From NCBI GenBank assembly GCA_963667255.1, contig OY762940.1:480001-544000 (forward strand): a stretch of DNA of 64,000 nt, in the 5' to 3' direction. The first letter of the stretch is position 1, and every line of letters begins with the position of its first letter. Under the pieces are notes generated by a model. It did not search any database, was not told the DNA's origin, and saw nothing but the letters and a program-made list of their open reading frames with translations. The translations under genes and the position numbers were made by a program. Source of the stretch: Candidatus Cloacimonadota bacterium. GTDB taxonomy: Bacteria; Cloacimonadota; Cloacimonadia; G963667145. Positions 1-9,590 of this stretch are shown one piece after another.

Positions 1-1
1 T

Positions 2-508
2 TGGCACGGAGGAATGAGCTTCCACGGCGGAGCTCTCGGAGTTGCTTTGCTGGGTTTGTATTTCGTCAAAAAAAATGGTTTGAGCTTTTACGATTGTGCC
101 GATTGTGTCACGCCGTTCCTTGCTGTTGGCTTGGGAATGGGTCGTCTGGGCAATTTCATCAATGGAGAACTCTTTGGCAGAGTCACCGATGTTCCTTGGG
201 GAATGATTTTCCCCTTCGGCGGTGCTTTGCCCCGTCATCCGTCGCAACTATACGAGTTTATCTTGGAAGGGGTAATCCTCGGTCTCATTTGTTGGTTTGC
301 TCTTCGCAAGATTAAGACTTCGGGCATTGTGTTTTGGATATTCATCGGTGGTTATGGAGTTTTCCGCTTTTTCGTGGAGTTCTTCCGTCAGCCCGATGCT
401 CAATTGGGCTACATTCTTTTCGGCTGGATTACCATGGGACAAATCCTCAGCTTTTTGATGGTAATTCTTGCGATATTTATGTCGGTCAGGATTTATAGAG
501 CGAGATAA
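2..508 (+). CDS. lgt: Prolipoprotein diacylglyceryl transferase, 5'-truncated by the window edge
   Basis: Frame 2 reads WHGGMSFHGG, then GLGMGRLGNFINGELFGR, RHPSQLYE and YGVFRFFVEFFRQPD, which are the Lgt signature motifs; the frame is open from base 2. Confidence 0.95.
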   Translation, partial: WHGGMSFHGGALGVALLGLYFVKKNGLSFYDCADCVTPFLAVGLGMGRLGNFINGELFGRVTDVPWGMIFPFGGALPRHPSQLYEFILEGVILGLICWFALRKIKTSGIVFWIFIGGYGVFRFFVEFFRQPDAQLGYILFGWITMGQILSFLMVILAIFMSVRIYRAR

Positions 509-549
509 GGCAAGAGATTAATTGAAAAATAGAGTAATGAGGAGTAATT

Positions 550-891
550 ATGACAGATGCTGTTATGAAGATGAATAGTGAAGATGCAGAGAAATCTTAT
601 TTTGATGGTGGACTTTTGCAACTAATTGGTTGGAAAATATTGGGTTTCTTTTTAACGCTGTTTACTTTTGGGATATGTTTTCCTTGGGCTTTATGTATGA
701 TATATGGTTGGAAGATAAATCACACAGTAATTGAAGGGAAAAGATTGAAATTTAATGGGAAAGGAATAGGGTTGTTTGGGAATTGGATAAAATGGTTAGT
801 GTTGTGTTATATTACGCTTGGAATATATGGATTTTGGGTAGGTATAGCCTTAGAAAAATGGAAAGTTAAGAATGTAACTTTTGCTAATTAG
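550..891 (+). CDS. Small membrane protein, DUF898/YjgN-like
   Basis: 113 aa with the pattern SYFDGG...LTLFTFGICFPWA...NHTVIEGKRLKFNG...ITLGIYGFW; RBS-like GAGGAG upstream. Confidence 0.7.
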   Translation: MTDAVMKMNSEDAEKSYFDGGLLQLIGWKILGFFLTLFTFGICFPWALCMIYGWKINHTVIEGKRLKFNGKGIGLFGNWIKWLVLCYITLGIYGFWVGIALEKWKVKNVTFAN

Positions 892-933
892 TATGATTAA
901 ACTCAATGGAGTTATGGGTAAGGCTACAATTAG

Positions 934-1515
934 ATGAAAAATAAGAAAAATTTAATTAGGAAAGTGCTATTTCTTGGCACTTTTCTTTTTTGTGGATGTA
1001 GTATTGGATTGCTAACTCTCAAGCCAAAAGTAACGAAACATCAACTTGAGCAATGGAAATCGTTTACTATTCGGGGAACAGCGAAGATTTGGCAAGACGG
1101 CAAGCAAATCGAGCAGAAAATCTACATTAACAAAGACAAAGGGTTCTCCATCGTTTGCTATGGAGGTGGTGTTTTTGGAGTTAATCCCATTCCGTCTCTT
1201 GTGATAGAAGCGAACGGCGACAAGATTTCTTACAAAGACAAAACGATGTCGGAGGAGAGAAATTTAGATTCTGCGACGGATAAGCCACTGTATTCTGTTC
1301 TCTATGCCATGAGCAGGCTGGACGAAGTTTATACCACCCAGACGACAAAAATCGGAAACGCCAAGATTAAAGTTGATGAGCTTGGAAATCCCATTCAAAT
1401 CGCTTCCGGCAGCTTGAAAGTTGTCATGAGTTACGAGAAAAATGGGTTGCAAAAATTAGAGATTTACTTCGGTCTCAAGAAGGTTTTGGAGACTATAGAA
1501 ATAGCAAGAGAGTGA
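934..1515 (+). CDS. Hypothetical exported protein, probable lipoprotein
   Basis: Basic N-terminus, hydrophobic stretch and lipobox-like LFCG-C; mature part looks beta-strand rich. No family recognised. Confidence 0.6.
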   Translation: MKNKKNLIRKVLFLGTFLFCGCSIGLLTLKPKVTKHQLEQWKSFTIRGTAKIWQDGKQIEQKIYINKDKGFSIVCYGGGVFGVNPIPSLVIEANGDKISYKDKTMSEERNLDSATDKPLYSVLYAMSRLDEVYTTQTTKIGNAKIKVDELGNPIQIASGSLKVVMSYEKNGLQKLEIYFGLKKVLETIEIARE

Positions 1516-1550
1516 CAGAAAAAGCGGATTTTTTGGGTCTTTTCCACTCC

Positions 1551-1585
1551 TCATTCCAGCGAAAGCGGGAATATAGTTGGGATTG
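1551..1585 (+). repeat. REP-like palindrome, family A (TCATTCCCGCGAAAGCGGGAATCCA)
   Basis: TCATTCCAGCGAAAGCGGGAATATAGTTGGGATTG is nearly identical to the copy at 9271-9305. Confidence 0.75.
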
Positions 1586-1638
1586 TATTTATTATGATAA
1601 TTCTTGTCTCAATTTACAATAACCCCATAAGAAAACAC

Positions 1639-1682
1639 ATCTAACGGTGGCGGTATGAAATCTTTGGGGATAATGTTAGCTG
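1639..1682 (-). other. Short or degenerate attC-like site at the 3' end of the R-M island
   Basis: On the minus strand, 16 nt after the MTase stop: CAGCTAAC-29 nt-GTTAGAT, an inverse-core/core (AAC...GTT) arrangement, shorter than canonical attC sites. Confidence 0.35.
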
Positions 1683-1698
1683 GGGGATTTCTTTTCTT

Positions 1699-2826
1699 TT
1701 AATCTTTTTCTGTCAGTTTAAAAAATTCAAATCCTTCATTTTTGCGGGATTCTCTTTCTAATATTCCCAAACTTTTACCTTTTAAAACTAGTCTTTGTCG
1801 TTCTACAACATAGTCAATAATATGTTCCCCTTTGTCAATACCGATATATTGTCTTTTCATTTTGTGAGCAACAGCAATTGTTGAACCCGACCCTACATAA
1901 GCGTCTAAAATCAAGTCATTTTCATTTGTCGCTATATCGAATATTCTTTTTACTAGTCTTTCAGGCTTTGGGGTATCAAATACTTCTTTGTCTGGAAATA
2001 ATTTTATTAGATGCTTTTTAGCCTCTTTATTTGTCCCTACGTCACTCCCAAGCCAAAGAGTATCAGGAGTAATTTTTATTTCAGACTCAGATAGAAATTT
2101 TTTAAGTCTCGGAACTCCGTTATCTTTTAGTCCAAACCAAATTCTTCTGTCTTTAATAAGGTTATTCATTTTCGCTTTATTGTAAACCCAACATCTACCT
2201 TTTGGTGGATTATGTTTTTTCCCATTAGGACTTACTAATTCATAAAATTGTGACTTTACTGCGTGACCTGCTTGCACATTTAATGATACAGATTGCCAAG
2301 GACCCCTTTCGTCATTGTCAGGATTTTTATATCTATCAATTTGTTCTTCATTACCTTTTAGTTTGTTAATGGATTTTGTAAACAAGGGTTTATTTTTGGC
2401 ATAGACAAGAATATACTCGTGATTATTTGAAAACATCTTCCTGTTCTCTCTAGTTGTTCTTTGTTGCCAAACTATTGTTGTGACAAAATTATTCCTATCA
2501 AAGATTTCATCTGCTGCAACTTTGAGATAATGAACTTCAGAATCATCAATAGAAATCCAAATACTACCATCAGGGGTTAATAATGGCTTTAATTTTCTTA
2601 GTCTTTCCTTTATTTTAACTGTCCATTCTTCATGTATTGAATCGTCATAATGAGTATAATTTTCTCCGTTATTGTATGGAGGGTCAATATAAATGCACTT
2701 AACTTTATCTGTGTAGTCTTTAGCAAGCAAGTCTAATACATCAAGGTTTTCACCTTGTATTATTTTTCTCGTTTCTTTTTGATTGGTTAGAGAAGAGAGT
2801 GCTTTTATTAGTTTCAATTCTTTCAT
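1699..2826 (-). CDS. Site-specific DNA amino-methyltransferase, beta class (type III Mod-like / N6_N4_MTase)
   Basis: N-terminal IYIDPPYN catalytic motif, FDTPKPERL, C-terminal SAM-binding DAYVGSGST; ATGA overlap with the upstream MTase. Confidence 0.9.
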   Translation of the reverse strand: MKELKLIKALSSLTNQKETRKIIQGENLDVLDLLAKDYTDKVKCIYIDPPYNNGENYTHYDDSIHEEWTVKIKERLRKLKPLLTPDGSIWISIDDSEVHYLKVAADEIFDRNNFVTTIVWQQRTTRENRKMFSNNHEYILVYAKNKPLFTKSINKLKGNEEQIDRYKNPDNDERGPWQSVSLNVQAGHAVKSQFYELVSPNGKKHNPPKGRCWVYNKAKMNNLIKDRRIWFGLKDNGVPRLKKFLSESEIKITPDTLWLGSDVGTNKEAKKHLIKLFPDKEVFDTPKPERLVKRIFDIATNENDLILDAYVGSGSTIAVAHKMKRQYIGIDKGEHIIDYVVERQRLVLKGKSLGILERESRKNEGFEFFKLTEKD

Positions 2827-4190
2827 CTATTTCGGCAAATTATTAAAACTTCTGCTGAATCGTCAGCTTTTAAATGTAGGTCAGTTCTATTTAATTTACT
2901 ATGTGAAAATCTCCCAACCGAGCGAATCTCAACAAAGTCAAAATAGGTTTTAGCCATTTCTTCTAACAATTTTATTTCAACACATCTCGGATGTGCACCT
3001 TTTGATTTATCAAATGGCGAATATGACAAGATTAAAATTCTATTTTTCTCTGATACTAGTTTGAAAAGTTCATCAAAAGCTTTTGGAGCTTTTGAAAGAA
3101 TGCAGAAATCAGACTGTTCCCGTTCTTCACGATAAAGACCTCTGCTTAGTTTTTCTTTGCCACCAATTTTGGTCTTAGAAATTTTTGGAAAGTCTCTAAG
3201 ACTTAAAGTTTCTAAGCCGTGATAAAAACGGCTATAATGGTCTCTTGTGTATGGTGGGTCAGCATAAATTACTCTAATATCTTCACCAAGATTTTTGAGG
3301 GCTTCTTTGTAATCATCTTGTATAATTTGGTGATTAAAACCTGTATGTCGGTTATTCAAATACTTGTTTAGCCATTGATTATAAAGAAAAAGAACATCAA
3401 CATTTCTATCTTTTCTTAACTGTTTTAATATTCCTTTTTTTGGATGCCCGTCCTTATTTCTTGGTCTTATTGGTTGAGCGAATTGCTTTCCAACAGTATT
3501 TACAATATCACTTGCAGTGCTTAGTAATGTAGCGAGCAAAAAGTTATGGTATTTTGGATTTGTATTTTCAATCTCAGAAATTATGGCATCAATCATTACA
3601 GATTGCTTGAAAGAAAAATAAACTCCTCCAAAATATTTAGTTGCAATAAATGAATTGGTCTTATGATTTTTTAGATTGATTTCTATTTTTTCAAATGCTT
3701 CTTTTAGCTCTGGAAACAAATTATCATTCCTTTCATCTGATAGATATGCATAAAGAGAAGAGCTCTCCAAAAAATTACATACAGTTTCAAGATTTAAACT
3801 TAATTTTCCATTTACAAGAGAATCTTCCAAAGAAATCACTGGTTGGAATATATTCAAGTATTCATTGAAATATTTAGAACTCTGTAAACTTTTAGAGAAA
3901 GAACGAGTAAATTCATCTGAAATCGGGTTTAAAAGTGCGGAACATATAACGCTTGAATAATTTTGAATATCAACCGAGACTACTTTTCTTTCAGAAGAAA
4001 AATGCTGACTAACTGAGCCAGTTCCTGAAAACAAGTCACAAATGCCATTTTTTTCAGGGTCTAATTCATCAATAACTTGTTTAATAAACTCAAGAACTCT
4101 TAGTTTACTTCCCAAATAGTGAATTGTCCTAAATGAACTAGGTCTTTTAAATATTTTACTATTATCTAATATTTTTTTCGCTACTTCCAT
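2823..4190 (-). CDS. DNA adenine methyltransferase, alpha class (Dam/D12-like)
   Basis: HYLGSK and DLFSGTGSV (motif I) near the N-terminus; IYADPPY catalytic motif toward the C-terminus. Confidence 0.85.
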   Translation of the reverse strand: MEVAKKILDNSKIFKRPSSFRTIHYLGSKLRVLEFIKQVIDELDPEKNGICDLFSGTGSVSQHFSSERKVVSVDIQNYSSVICSALLNPISDEFTRSFSKSLQSSKYFNEYLNIFQPVISLEDSLVNGKLSLNLETVCNFLESSSLYAYLSDERNDNLFPELKEAFEKIEINLKNHKTNSFIATKYFGGVYFSFKQSVMIDAIISEIENTNPKYHNFLLATLLSTASDIVNTVGKQFAQPIRPRNKDGHPKKGILKQLRKDRNVDVLFLYNQWLNKYLNNRHTGFNHQIIQDDYKEALKNLGEDIRVIYADPPYTRDHYSRFYHGLETLSLRDFPKISKTKIGGKEKLSRGLYREEREQSDFCILSKAPKAFDELFKLVSEKNRILILSYSPFDKSKGAHPRCVEIKLLEEMAKTYFDFVEIRSVGRFSHSKLNRTDLHLKADDSAEVLIICRNR

Positions 4191-4201
4191 TTTTATTAAA
4201 T

Positions 4202-5320
4202 CTAAACCAAGTATCTGTTAAATACTGTTGTTCTTATAAGTTCACTAATTTTATTGATTCTTGTTGTTATCCTCTTCATCCTATTAGTTCTACCCGTCCA
4301 ATTTGTCTGCAACCAATCATTAATTTCTGCATACAAAGGTTGGTTGGGCATATACAAGTGATATAAAAACATTCTTGTCGTTACTTTTACAAAAATGCCT
4401 ATAGGCTTTCCATTGTTTGGATAAGGTAGTCCACTCGCTGCATTTAATTCAAATCTATAGTTTTGACTTACTACTGAAACACTTGGCCTTACTTCGATTT
4501 CAGATAAAGATAAATCATCATTGATGTTTCTTAGGAGAATTCTTTGATTGTTGTTTCCTGGCATAGCACCGAAAAAATTTTGAAAAGTATCAATGTCGAA
4601 ATTAGCTTGTTTCCATCTATCACCACTTCTTGGAACTTCAGCAATTAGAACTTCACTGTCTGGGTAAAATTGCCAACCATCTTGATGAAGGGTTTCAATC
4701 TCGTCTAATTCTACAACTGGGATTTCTTCTTCAATAACTACTTCTTCCTCAGGTCTTCTAATTCGAGTTCTTCTAATATATTGATTGTCTGTTGCTTTTC
4801 TAATCACATCGGCATTATCAATATCTTTTAATAGTTCATTTGATTGCAGCAACCAAGCGTTCCAATATTGTTCAATCCGAACCAATTCATCAACTGATAA
4901 TTGTAAAAGAATGAAAGCTTCTCGATTTCTCCTTAAACCGCCCAATGTCAAATTACCCGAACCGACTATTAAAGTTCCTGATTCATCTTGGTTCTTAAAA
5001 AAGCTCAATTTTGGATGGAATAAAGAACCCTTATTGTTGTGGTCAAATGCTTTAACAGTCAAATTTGGTTTGGCTGCCTTTATTACACTTAGTGCTTCTA
5101 AGCATGCAAGGTTTGTTATTTCATCAATACCAACAATTAATGAGTATCCCCCTCTGTCCAAAAGTGATTCAAAAACACTATCTTTTAATAGTATCTCAAT
5201 TCCACTTTTTGTTGCAAACGCATATGCTCCCTTTCCTTGTATTGAAGTTGAGCATGATTGGATTAATGCTTCGTGGAGCGTATATGAGTCAGAAAAATAT
5301 GGATCTTGAAAGTGTAACAT
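4202..5320 (-). CDS. Phospholipase D-family (HKD) nuclease, probable restriction endonuclease
   Basis: Single FHPKLSFF...IVGSGNLTLGGLRRNRE motif of the Nuc/BfiI/NgoFVII-type PLD domain, an acidic linker and a separate C-terminal domain; first gene of an operon with two MTases. Confidence 0.8.
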   Translation of the reverse strand: MLHFQDPYFSDSYTLHEALIQSCSTSIQGKGAYAFATKSGIEILLKDSVFESLLDRGGYSLIVGIDEITNLACLEALSVIKAAKPNLTVKAFDHNNKGSLFHPKLSFFKNQDESGTLIVGSGNLTLGGLRRNREAFILLQLSVDELVRIEQYWNAWLLQSNELLKDIDNADVIRKATDNQYIRRTRIRRPEEEVVIEEEIPVVELDEIETLHQDGWQFYPDSEVLIAEVPRSGDRWKQANFDIDTFQNFFGAMPGNNNQRILLRNINDDLSLSEIEVRPSVSVVSQNYRFELNAASGLPYPNNGKPIGIFVKVTTRMFLYHLYMPNQPLYAEINDWLQTNWTGRTNRMKRITTRINKISELIRTTVFNRYLV

Positions 5321-5601
5321 TATATATTTATTAATTTCTTGTAAAGGTCTTAATTTTACAGTTTATTTCTGTTCGGAGTCGTTTTTTTAATTACAGCTAA
5401 CTTCTCCGCAAACTCAATGGCGTTTATTTCCCCAAATTGACAGGCTAAAGACAATTGCATATACATTTCCTTTATGTTGATTTTATTCTTTTCTTTGTTT
5501 TCTCCACAAATATAAAATCCAAAATTTTAGTCAAAGGATATTTTACTTGAAGCGAGATTGTTTTTTCTATATTAGCAGAGACTCAAGCACTCTCCGCTTT
5601 C

Positions 5602-6819
5602 CTACTCATATCTCAACGCATCTATCGGATTGAGATTGGCTGCTTTTCTTGCAGGGTAATATCCGAAGAAAACCCCTATTCCGCCTGAGAAGACAAAGGC
5701 AATGAAAACAATCATCGGATGGATAGAAGTCGTGAGGGAGGAAAAGTAGTTTAAGCAAAGCGAGATGATGAACGCAAGCAAAACGCCCATCAGTCCGCCG
5801 AAGAGGCTCAAAGTGATAGACTCAGCCAAGAATTGGAAAAGGACATCTTTGCTTCTGGCACCGATGGACAGCCTGATGCCTATCTCTCTAGTTCGCTCGG
5901 TCACGGAGACGAGCATAATATTCATAATGCCGATACCGCCGACTATCAACGAAACACCGGCGATAGCTCCCAAAAGTAGCGTAAGAGTTTGGGAAGTGGA
6001 CGACGCCATCTCGGAGATTTCCGTTTGCGACAAGACTTTGAAGTCGTTGTCATCGTTGTCATCCAGTTTGTGCGAGGCTCTCATTATCGTCTCTACTTCG
6101 GCTTGTGCCTGAGTCATCAGAGAGATATCTTTGACACTGATGTAAATCAGATTAATTCTGTCAGAGCCTTTCAGCCTCGCCAGCACAGTATTGATAGGAG
6201 CCATGACGATGTCGTCTTGGTCGTTCCCCATGGAGTTCTCGCCTTTCTCTTCCAAAACACCAATCACTGTGAAAGGAGTGTTGTTAATCCTAATCCTCTC
6301 GCCAATCGGACTTTTATTCGGGAAAAGTTCCTCCACGATAGTCGCACCTATCACCGCAACTTTCTTTTTGTATTTCACATCTTTTGCCGTAAAGAAACTG
6401 CCTTCGGATAGCTCCCAATCTTTGATTTGCAGGAAATCCTCTGACACGCCTTGCACAGAGCCACTCCAGTTGCCATCACCGCCGATTATTTGTGCACCAG
6501 TGCTAGCAGAACCGGAAACATACTCGAAATAAGTTCCTTTCTTTTTCAAGGCTTCGCAATCGGTCAGCTTCATTCTGTTGAAACTGCCTCGACCTTGGCT
6601 AACTCCTCCGGTTTTTCTTTGACCTGGGAAAACCATAAGCAGATTTGTTCCGAGTGAATTGATTTGCTCCTCGATTTTTTCCTGTGAACCTTGCCCGATA
6701 GCCACCATCACGATTACCGAGCAGACACCGATGATAATACCCAACGAGGTAAGCGAGCTCCGCATCTTGTTCTTGAAAATGCTTTGTAAGGCGATTTTCA
6801 GAATTTTAATCAGTTTCAT
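5602..6819 (-). CDS. MacB-family ABC transporter permease
   Basis: RSSLTSLGIIIGV, large periplasmic domain, VGGIGIMNIMLVSVTERTREIGIR and the GYYPARKAANLNPIDALRYE terminus. Confidence 0.93.
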   Translation of the reverse strand: MKLIKILKIALQSIFKNKMRSSLTSLGIIIGVCSVIVMVAIGQGSQEKIEEQINSLGTNLLMVFPGQRKTGGVSQGRGSFNRMKLTDCEALKKKGTYFEYVSGSASTGAQIIGGDGNWSGSVQGVSEDFLQIKDWELSEGSFFTAKDVKYKKKVAVIGATIVEELFPNKSPIGERIRINNTPFTVIGVLEEKGENSMGNDQDDIVMAPINTVLARLKGSDRINLIYISVKDISLMTQAQAEVETIMRASHKLDDNDDNDFKVLSQTEISEMASSTSQTLTLLLGAIAGVSLIVGGIGIMNIMLVSVTERTREIGIRLSIGARSKDVLFQFLAESITLSLFGGLMGVLLAFIISLCLNYFSSLTTSIHPMIVFIAFVFSGGIGVFFGYYPARKAANLNPIDALRYE

Positions 6820-7555
6820 CAGTCACCTCTTTCCAATCTTTCAAAATCTCTTTTGCAATCAATCTCTTGTTTACAGGCTTATCGCTGATAATTTTGCCGT
6901 CCCGTAGCACGATAGAACGGTTGGCGTAATGAGAGATATCGTCTTCGTGAGTTACCAGGATAATGGTCTTGCCTTGCTCGTTCAACTCTTGGAAAACCGA
7001 CATAACATCCACGGAAGTCTTGGAGTCCAAGTTGCCCGTAGGCTCGTCTGCCAAGATGATAGCGGGATTATTTATCAAAGCTCTGGCGATAGCGACCCTC
7101 TGTTGCTGACCGCCCGACAATTGACTGGGAATATGGTCTATTCTTTCGCCGAGGTTGACTCTCTCCAGTGCTTTCATTGCCAACTCCTTGTGGTCTTTGA
7201 CATTGCTTGTGTGGTTGTAGAGCAGAGGCAATTCCACATTCTCCAGAGCGGAAGTCCTTGGCAAGAGGTTGAATCCTTGGAAGACAAAGCCGATTTTTTG
7301 GTTTCGGATGCTGGCGTATTGGTCTTTGGTCAGAGATGAGGTGTTTTCGCCATCCAAGAAGTAGTCGCCCTCGGTAGGCACATCCAGACATCCCAGCAGG
7401 TTCATCAAAGTTGATTTCCCCGAGCCTGATGTCCCCATTATCGCTACAAATTCGCCGTGCTGTATCTCCAAACTGATTTTCCTCAGAGCGTGCACCACTT
7501 GCTCTCCCATACGAAAAGTTTTGGAAATATTCTCCATTTTGATGACAGATTTCAT
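6806..7555 (-). CDS. ABC transporter ATP-binding protein (MacB/LolD-type)
   Basis: Walker A GTSGSGKST, signature LSGGQQQRVAIARAL, Walker B ILADEPTGNLD, H-loop VTHE. Confidence 0.95.
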   Translation of the reverse strand: MKSVIKMENISKTFRMGEQVVHALRKISLEIQHGEFVAIMGTSGSGKSTLMNLLGCLDVPTEGDYFLDGENTSSLTKDQYASIRNQKIGFVFQGFNLLPRTSALENVELPLLYNHTSNVKDHKELAMKALERVNLGERIDHIPSQLSGGQQQRVAIARALINNPAIILADEPTGNLDSKTSVDVMSVFQELNEQGKTIILVTHEDDISHYANRSIVLRDGKIISDKPVNKRLIAKEILKDWKEVTDETD

Positions 7556-7564
7556 CTTGTTGCC

Positions 7565-8782
7565 CTAAAACAGCTTTATCGGGGGTCTTCTGCCACTGTT
7601 GTTGCTGTTGGAGAAAGATGAAGATGAGCCACTCTTGGAACTGGAAACGACTTTCAACCCTTCTTTCAATTTATCGTTTCCGTAAATTTCCGTCTTGTTT
7701 CCGTCCGAAATTCCTGTTTTGACTCTCAGAGGTTGCAATTTCCCATTGTCGTCCATATACCAGAGAACGCTCGTGCTATCCGAATTTGCACTCATTTCTT
7801 TAGGGATTTTCGGAGGTTTCCCGCTCTTGTCCATATATTTGGACAATTGCTCAGCATTGGGGCTATAATTCAGTGCGGAGTTGCTCACCAAAAAGGCATC
7901 ATTCACTTCATCAACTACAAAATCGATAGTGGCAGTCATTCCGGGCAGGAGCAGTCCAGATTCGTTGGAAGTGGTAACCACAACTGTGTAAGTTACGACA
8001 TTGGAGACAGTCTCCGGTTGCAATCGCACCTGCCTCACAGTTCCGCTAAAAGTTTCCTCGGGATAAGTCTCCACGGTGAAAGTTGCCTTCATTCCCTCTT
8101 TGATTTGTCCGATATCGCTCTCGTCCACATATGCGTAGATTTCCATCTTTACCAAATCTTCGGCAATCGTGAAAAGCGTTGGAGCTTCGAGGCTCGCAGC
8201 CACAGTTTGCCCCGCTTCAATGCTTCTTTCGATGACTTTCCCCTTTATGGGAGACTTGATGATGGAGTATTTATTTATGTCCATCTCGATGGTTTCGTAG
8301 TTAGTTTCCGCAGAGACCAAACTTGCGTAAGCAGTTTTGTAATCAACCTCAGACTCCAAAAGTTCAGACTCGGAAATCACTTTTTTCTTATATAACTCTT
8401 TGCTTGAGTTATATTTAATCTTCTTCAATCTATATTCGGCTTCGGCTCTCAGCTTTTCCGCTTTTGCACTCCGCAGACTCACTACCAATTGCGAAGTGTC
8501 CATAATCGCCAAAATCTGCCCCTTTTCCACATCGTCGTTGTAATCGGCAAAAACCGACTCAATCGTGCCAGAGAGTTCCGAGCCAACATCCACGCTGCTC
8601 ACAGCTTCCAGAGTTCCCGTGCACGACACCAAATTGCTCAAACTTCCCTTGCTGATTTGCGAAAAAACAAGCTGATTTCCCGTGTCTTTCTCTCCACCAA
8701 AACTGCAAAACCCAATAATCGCACAGATTGGGAGCAAGGCGGCAAGCCAGATTTTTTTCTTCCTCAATACTCTTTTTAACAT
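7565..8782 (-). CDS. Efflux periplasmic adaptor / membrane fusion protein (MacA-like)
   Basis: N-terminal TM segment, VDVGSELSG, helical hairpin, IKSPIKGKVI...GQTVAASLEAPTLFTIA, VDESDIG, LLPGMTA; ATG at 8782 has AGGAGA 7 nt upstream. Confidence 0.9.
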   Translation of the reverse strand: MLKRVLRKKKIWLAALLPICAIIGFCSFGGEKDTGNQLVFSQISKGSLSNLVSCTGTLEAVSSVDVGSELSGTIESVFADYNDDVEKGQILAIMDTSQLVVSLRSAKAEKLRAEAEYRLKKIKYNSSKELYKKKVISESELLESEVDYKTAYASLVSAETNYETIEMDINKYSIIKSPIKGKVIERSIEAGQTVAASLEAPTLFTIAEDLVKMEIYAYVDESDIGQIKEGMKATFTVETYPEETFSGTVRQVRLQPETVSNVVTYTVVVTTSNESGLLLPGMTATIDFVVDEVNDAFLVSNSALNYSPNAEQLSKYMDKSGKPPKIPKEMSANSDSTSVLWYMDDNGKLQPLRVKTGISDGNKTEIYGNDKLKEGLKVVSSSKSGSSSSFSNSNNSGRRPPIKLF

Positions 8783-9214
8783 CAATTTATCTCCTAAGGT
8801 CGTCTCTAATCCAAAATTATCGAAAACTCTTTGGTCACAATGTTTTCTTCAAAATTTCCTCTTCTCTCCAGCATATCTTTCGGAGGCTCTTGTTGATTCT
8901 GTCCTTCATCCAAAAAACACAATCCCACTTTTTTTTGTGATTTGATCGTCATTCCTCACACAGAGAGCAGTTTTTTTGTCATAAAATTCCTTTTTTCAGC
9001 TCTATATCCCATAGAGGATTAAATTCCCTTTTTCACTCAAATTTTCCTGTTACTTCTCTTTCGTAATAGAAAATACTCTTACAGAGGGTCAGGGAATGCA
9101 TACATTTTCAACTTCTTTTATGTATGGTTATTTATATGTTTTTTGCCTTTGCTTGACCAGTTGGGACTGGGGTAGGACACCAGCAGTTGCTTCTTCTAAG
9201 AGACGAGCCAAGAA

Positions 9215-9305
9215 TAGATTCCCGTTTCCACGAGGATGAGGGGAGAGGAGCAAGAAAGTCTCTTCGTGCCTCATTCCCGCGAAAGCGGGAATCCAGTCGG
9301 GATTG
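9215..9305. repeat. Oppositely oriented pair of family A REP-like palindromes
   Basis: 9215-9240 (reverse complement CTCATCCTCGTGGAAACGGGAATCTA) and 9271-9295 TCATTCCCGCGAAAGCGGGAATCCA. Confidence 0.75.
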
Positions 9306-9364
9306 GTAGGGGATACCAGCAGTCACGGGCATGAAATTAAAAACAGCAGAAAGCACAAGCACTC

Positions 9365-9394
9365 CTCGTTCCTAAGCACCAGCTTGGGAACGCA
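9365..9394 (+). repeat. REP-like palindrome, family B (CTCGTTCCCAAGCTCCAGCTTGGGAACGCA)
   Basis: CTCGTTCCTAAGCACCAGCTTGGGAACGCA hairpin; near-identical direct copy at 9969-9998. Confidence 0.75.
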
Positions 9395-9590
9395 TACTTT
9401 ATGGATATCCACTTGCCAAGCACAAAAACAATTAAAGGGGAAAATTAGAATTGTGCTTGGTAGACAGTGAGTATGGGGAATAGTAATAAAAGAGGTTAAA
9501 AAAGTATCCCAAAAGGATTGACTAATCGTTCAATGTATAAAGGTTCAATTGTTAAGATGTTTAGAGCCTTACAAAATTGAGGATGTTAAA

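Noticed and set aside
1699..2826. Type III R-M system
   Set aside because: The MTase is Mod-like but short, and there is no Res helicase nearby.
5765..8945. Plus-strand ORFs over the ABC exporter operon
   Set aside because: Antisense shadows of well-supported genes.
9132..9362. 76-aa minus-strand ORF
   Set aside because: Made of REP palindromes (LDSRFRGNE); no coding evidence.
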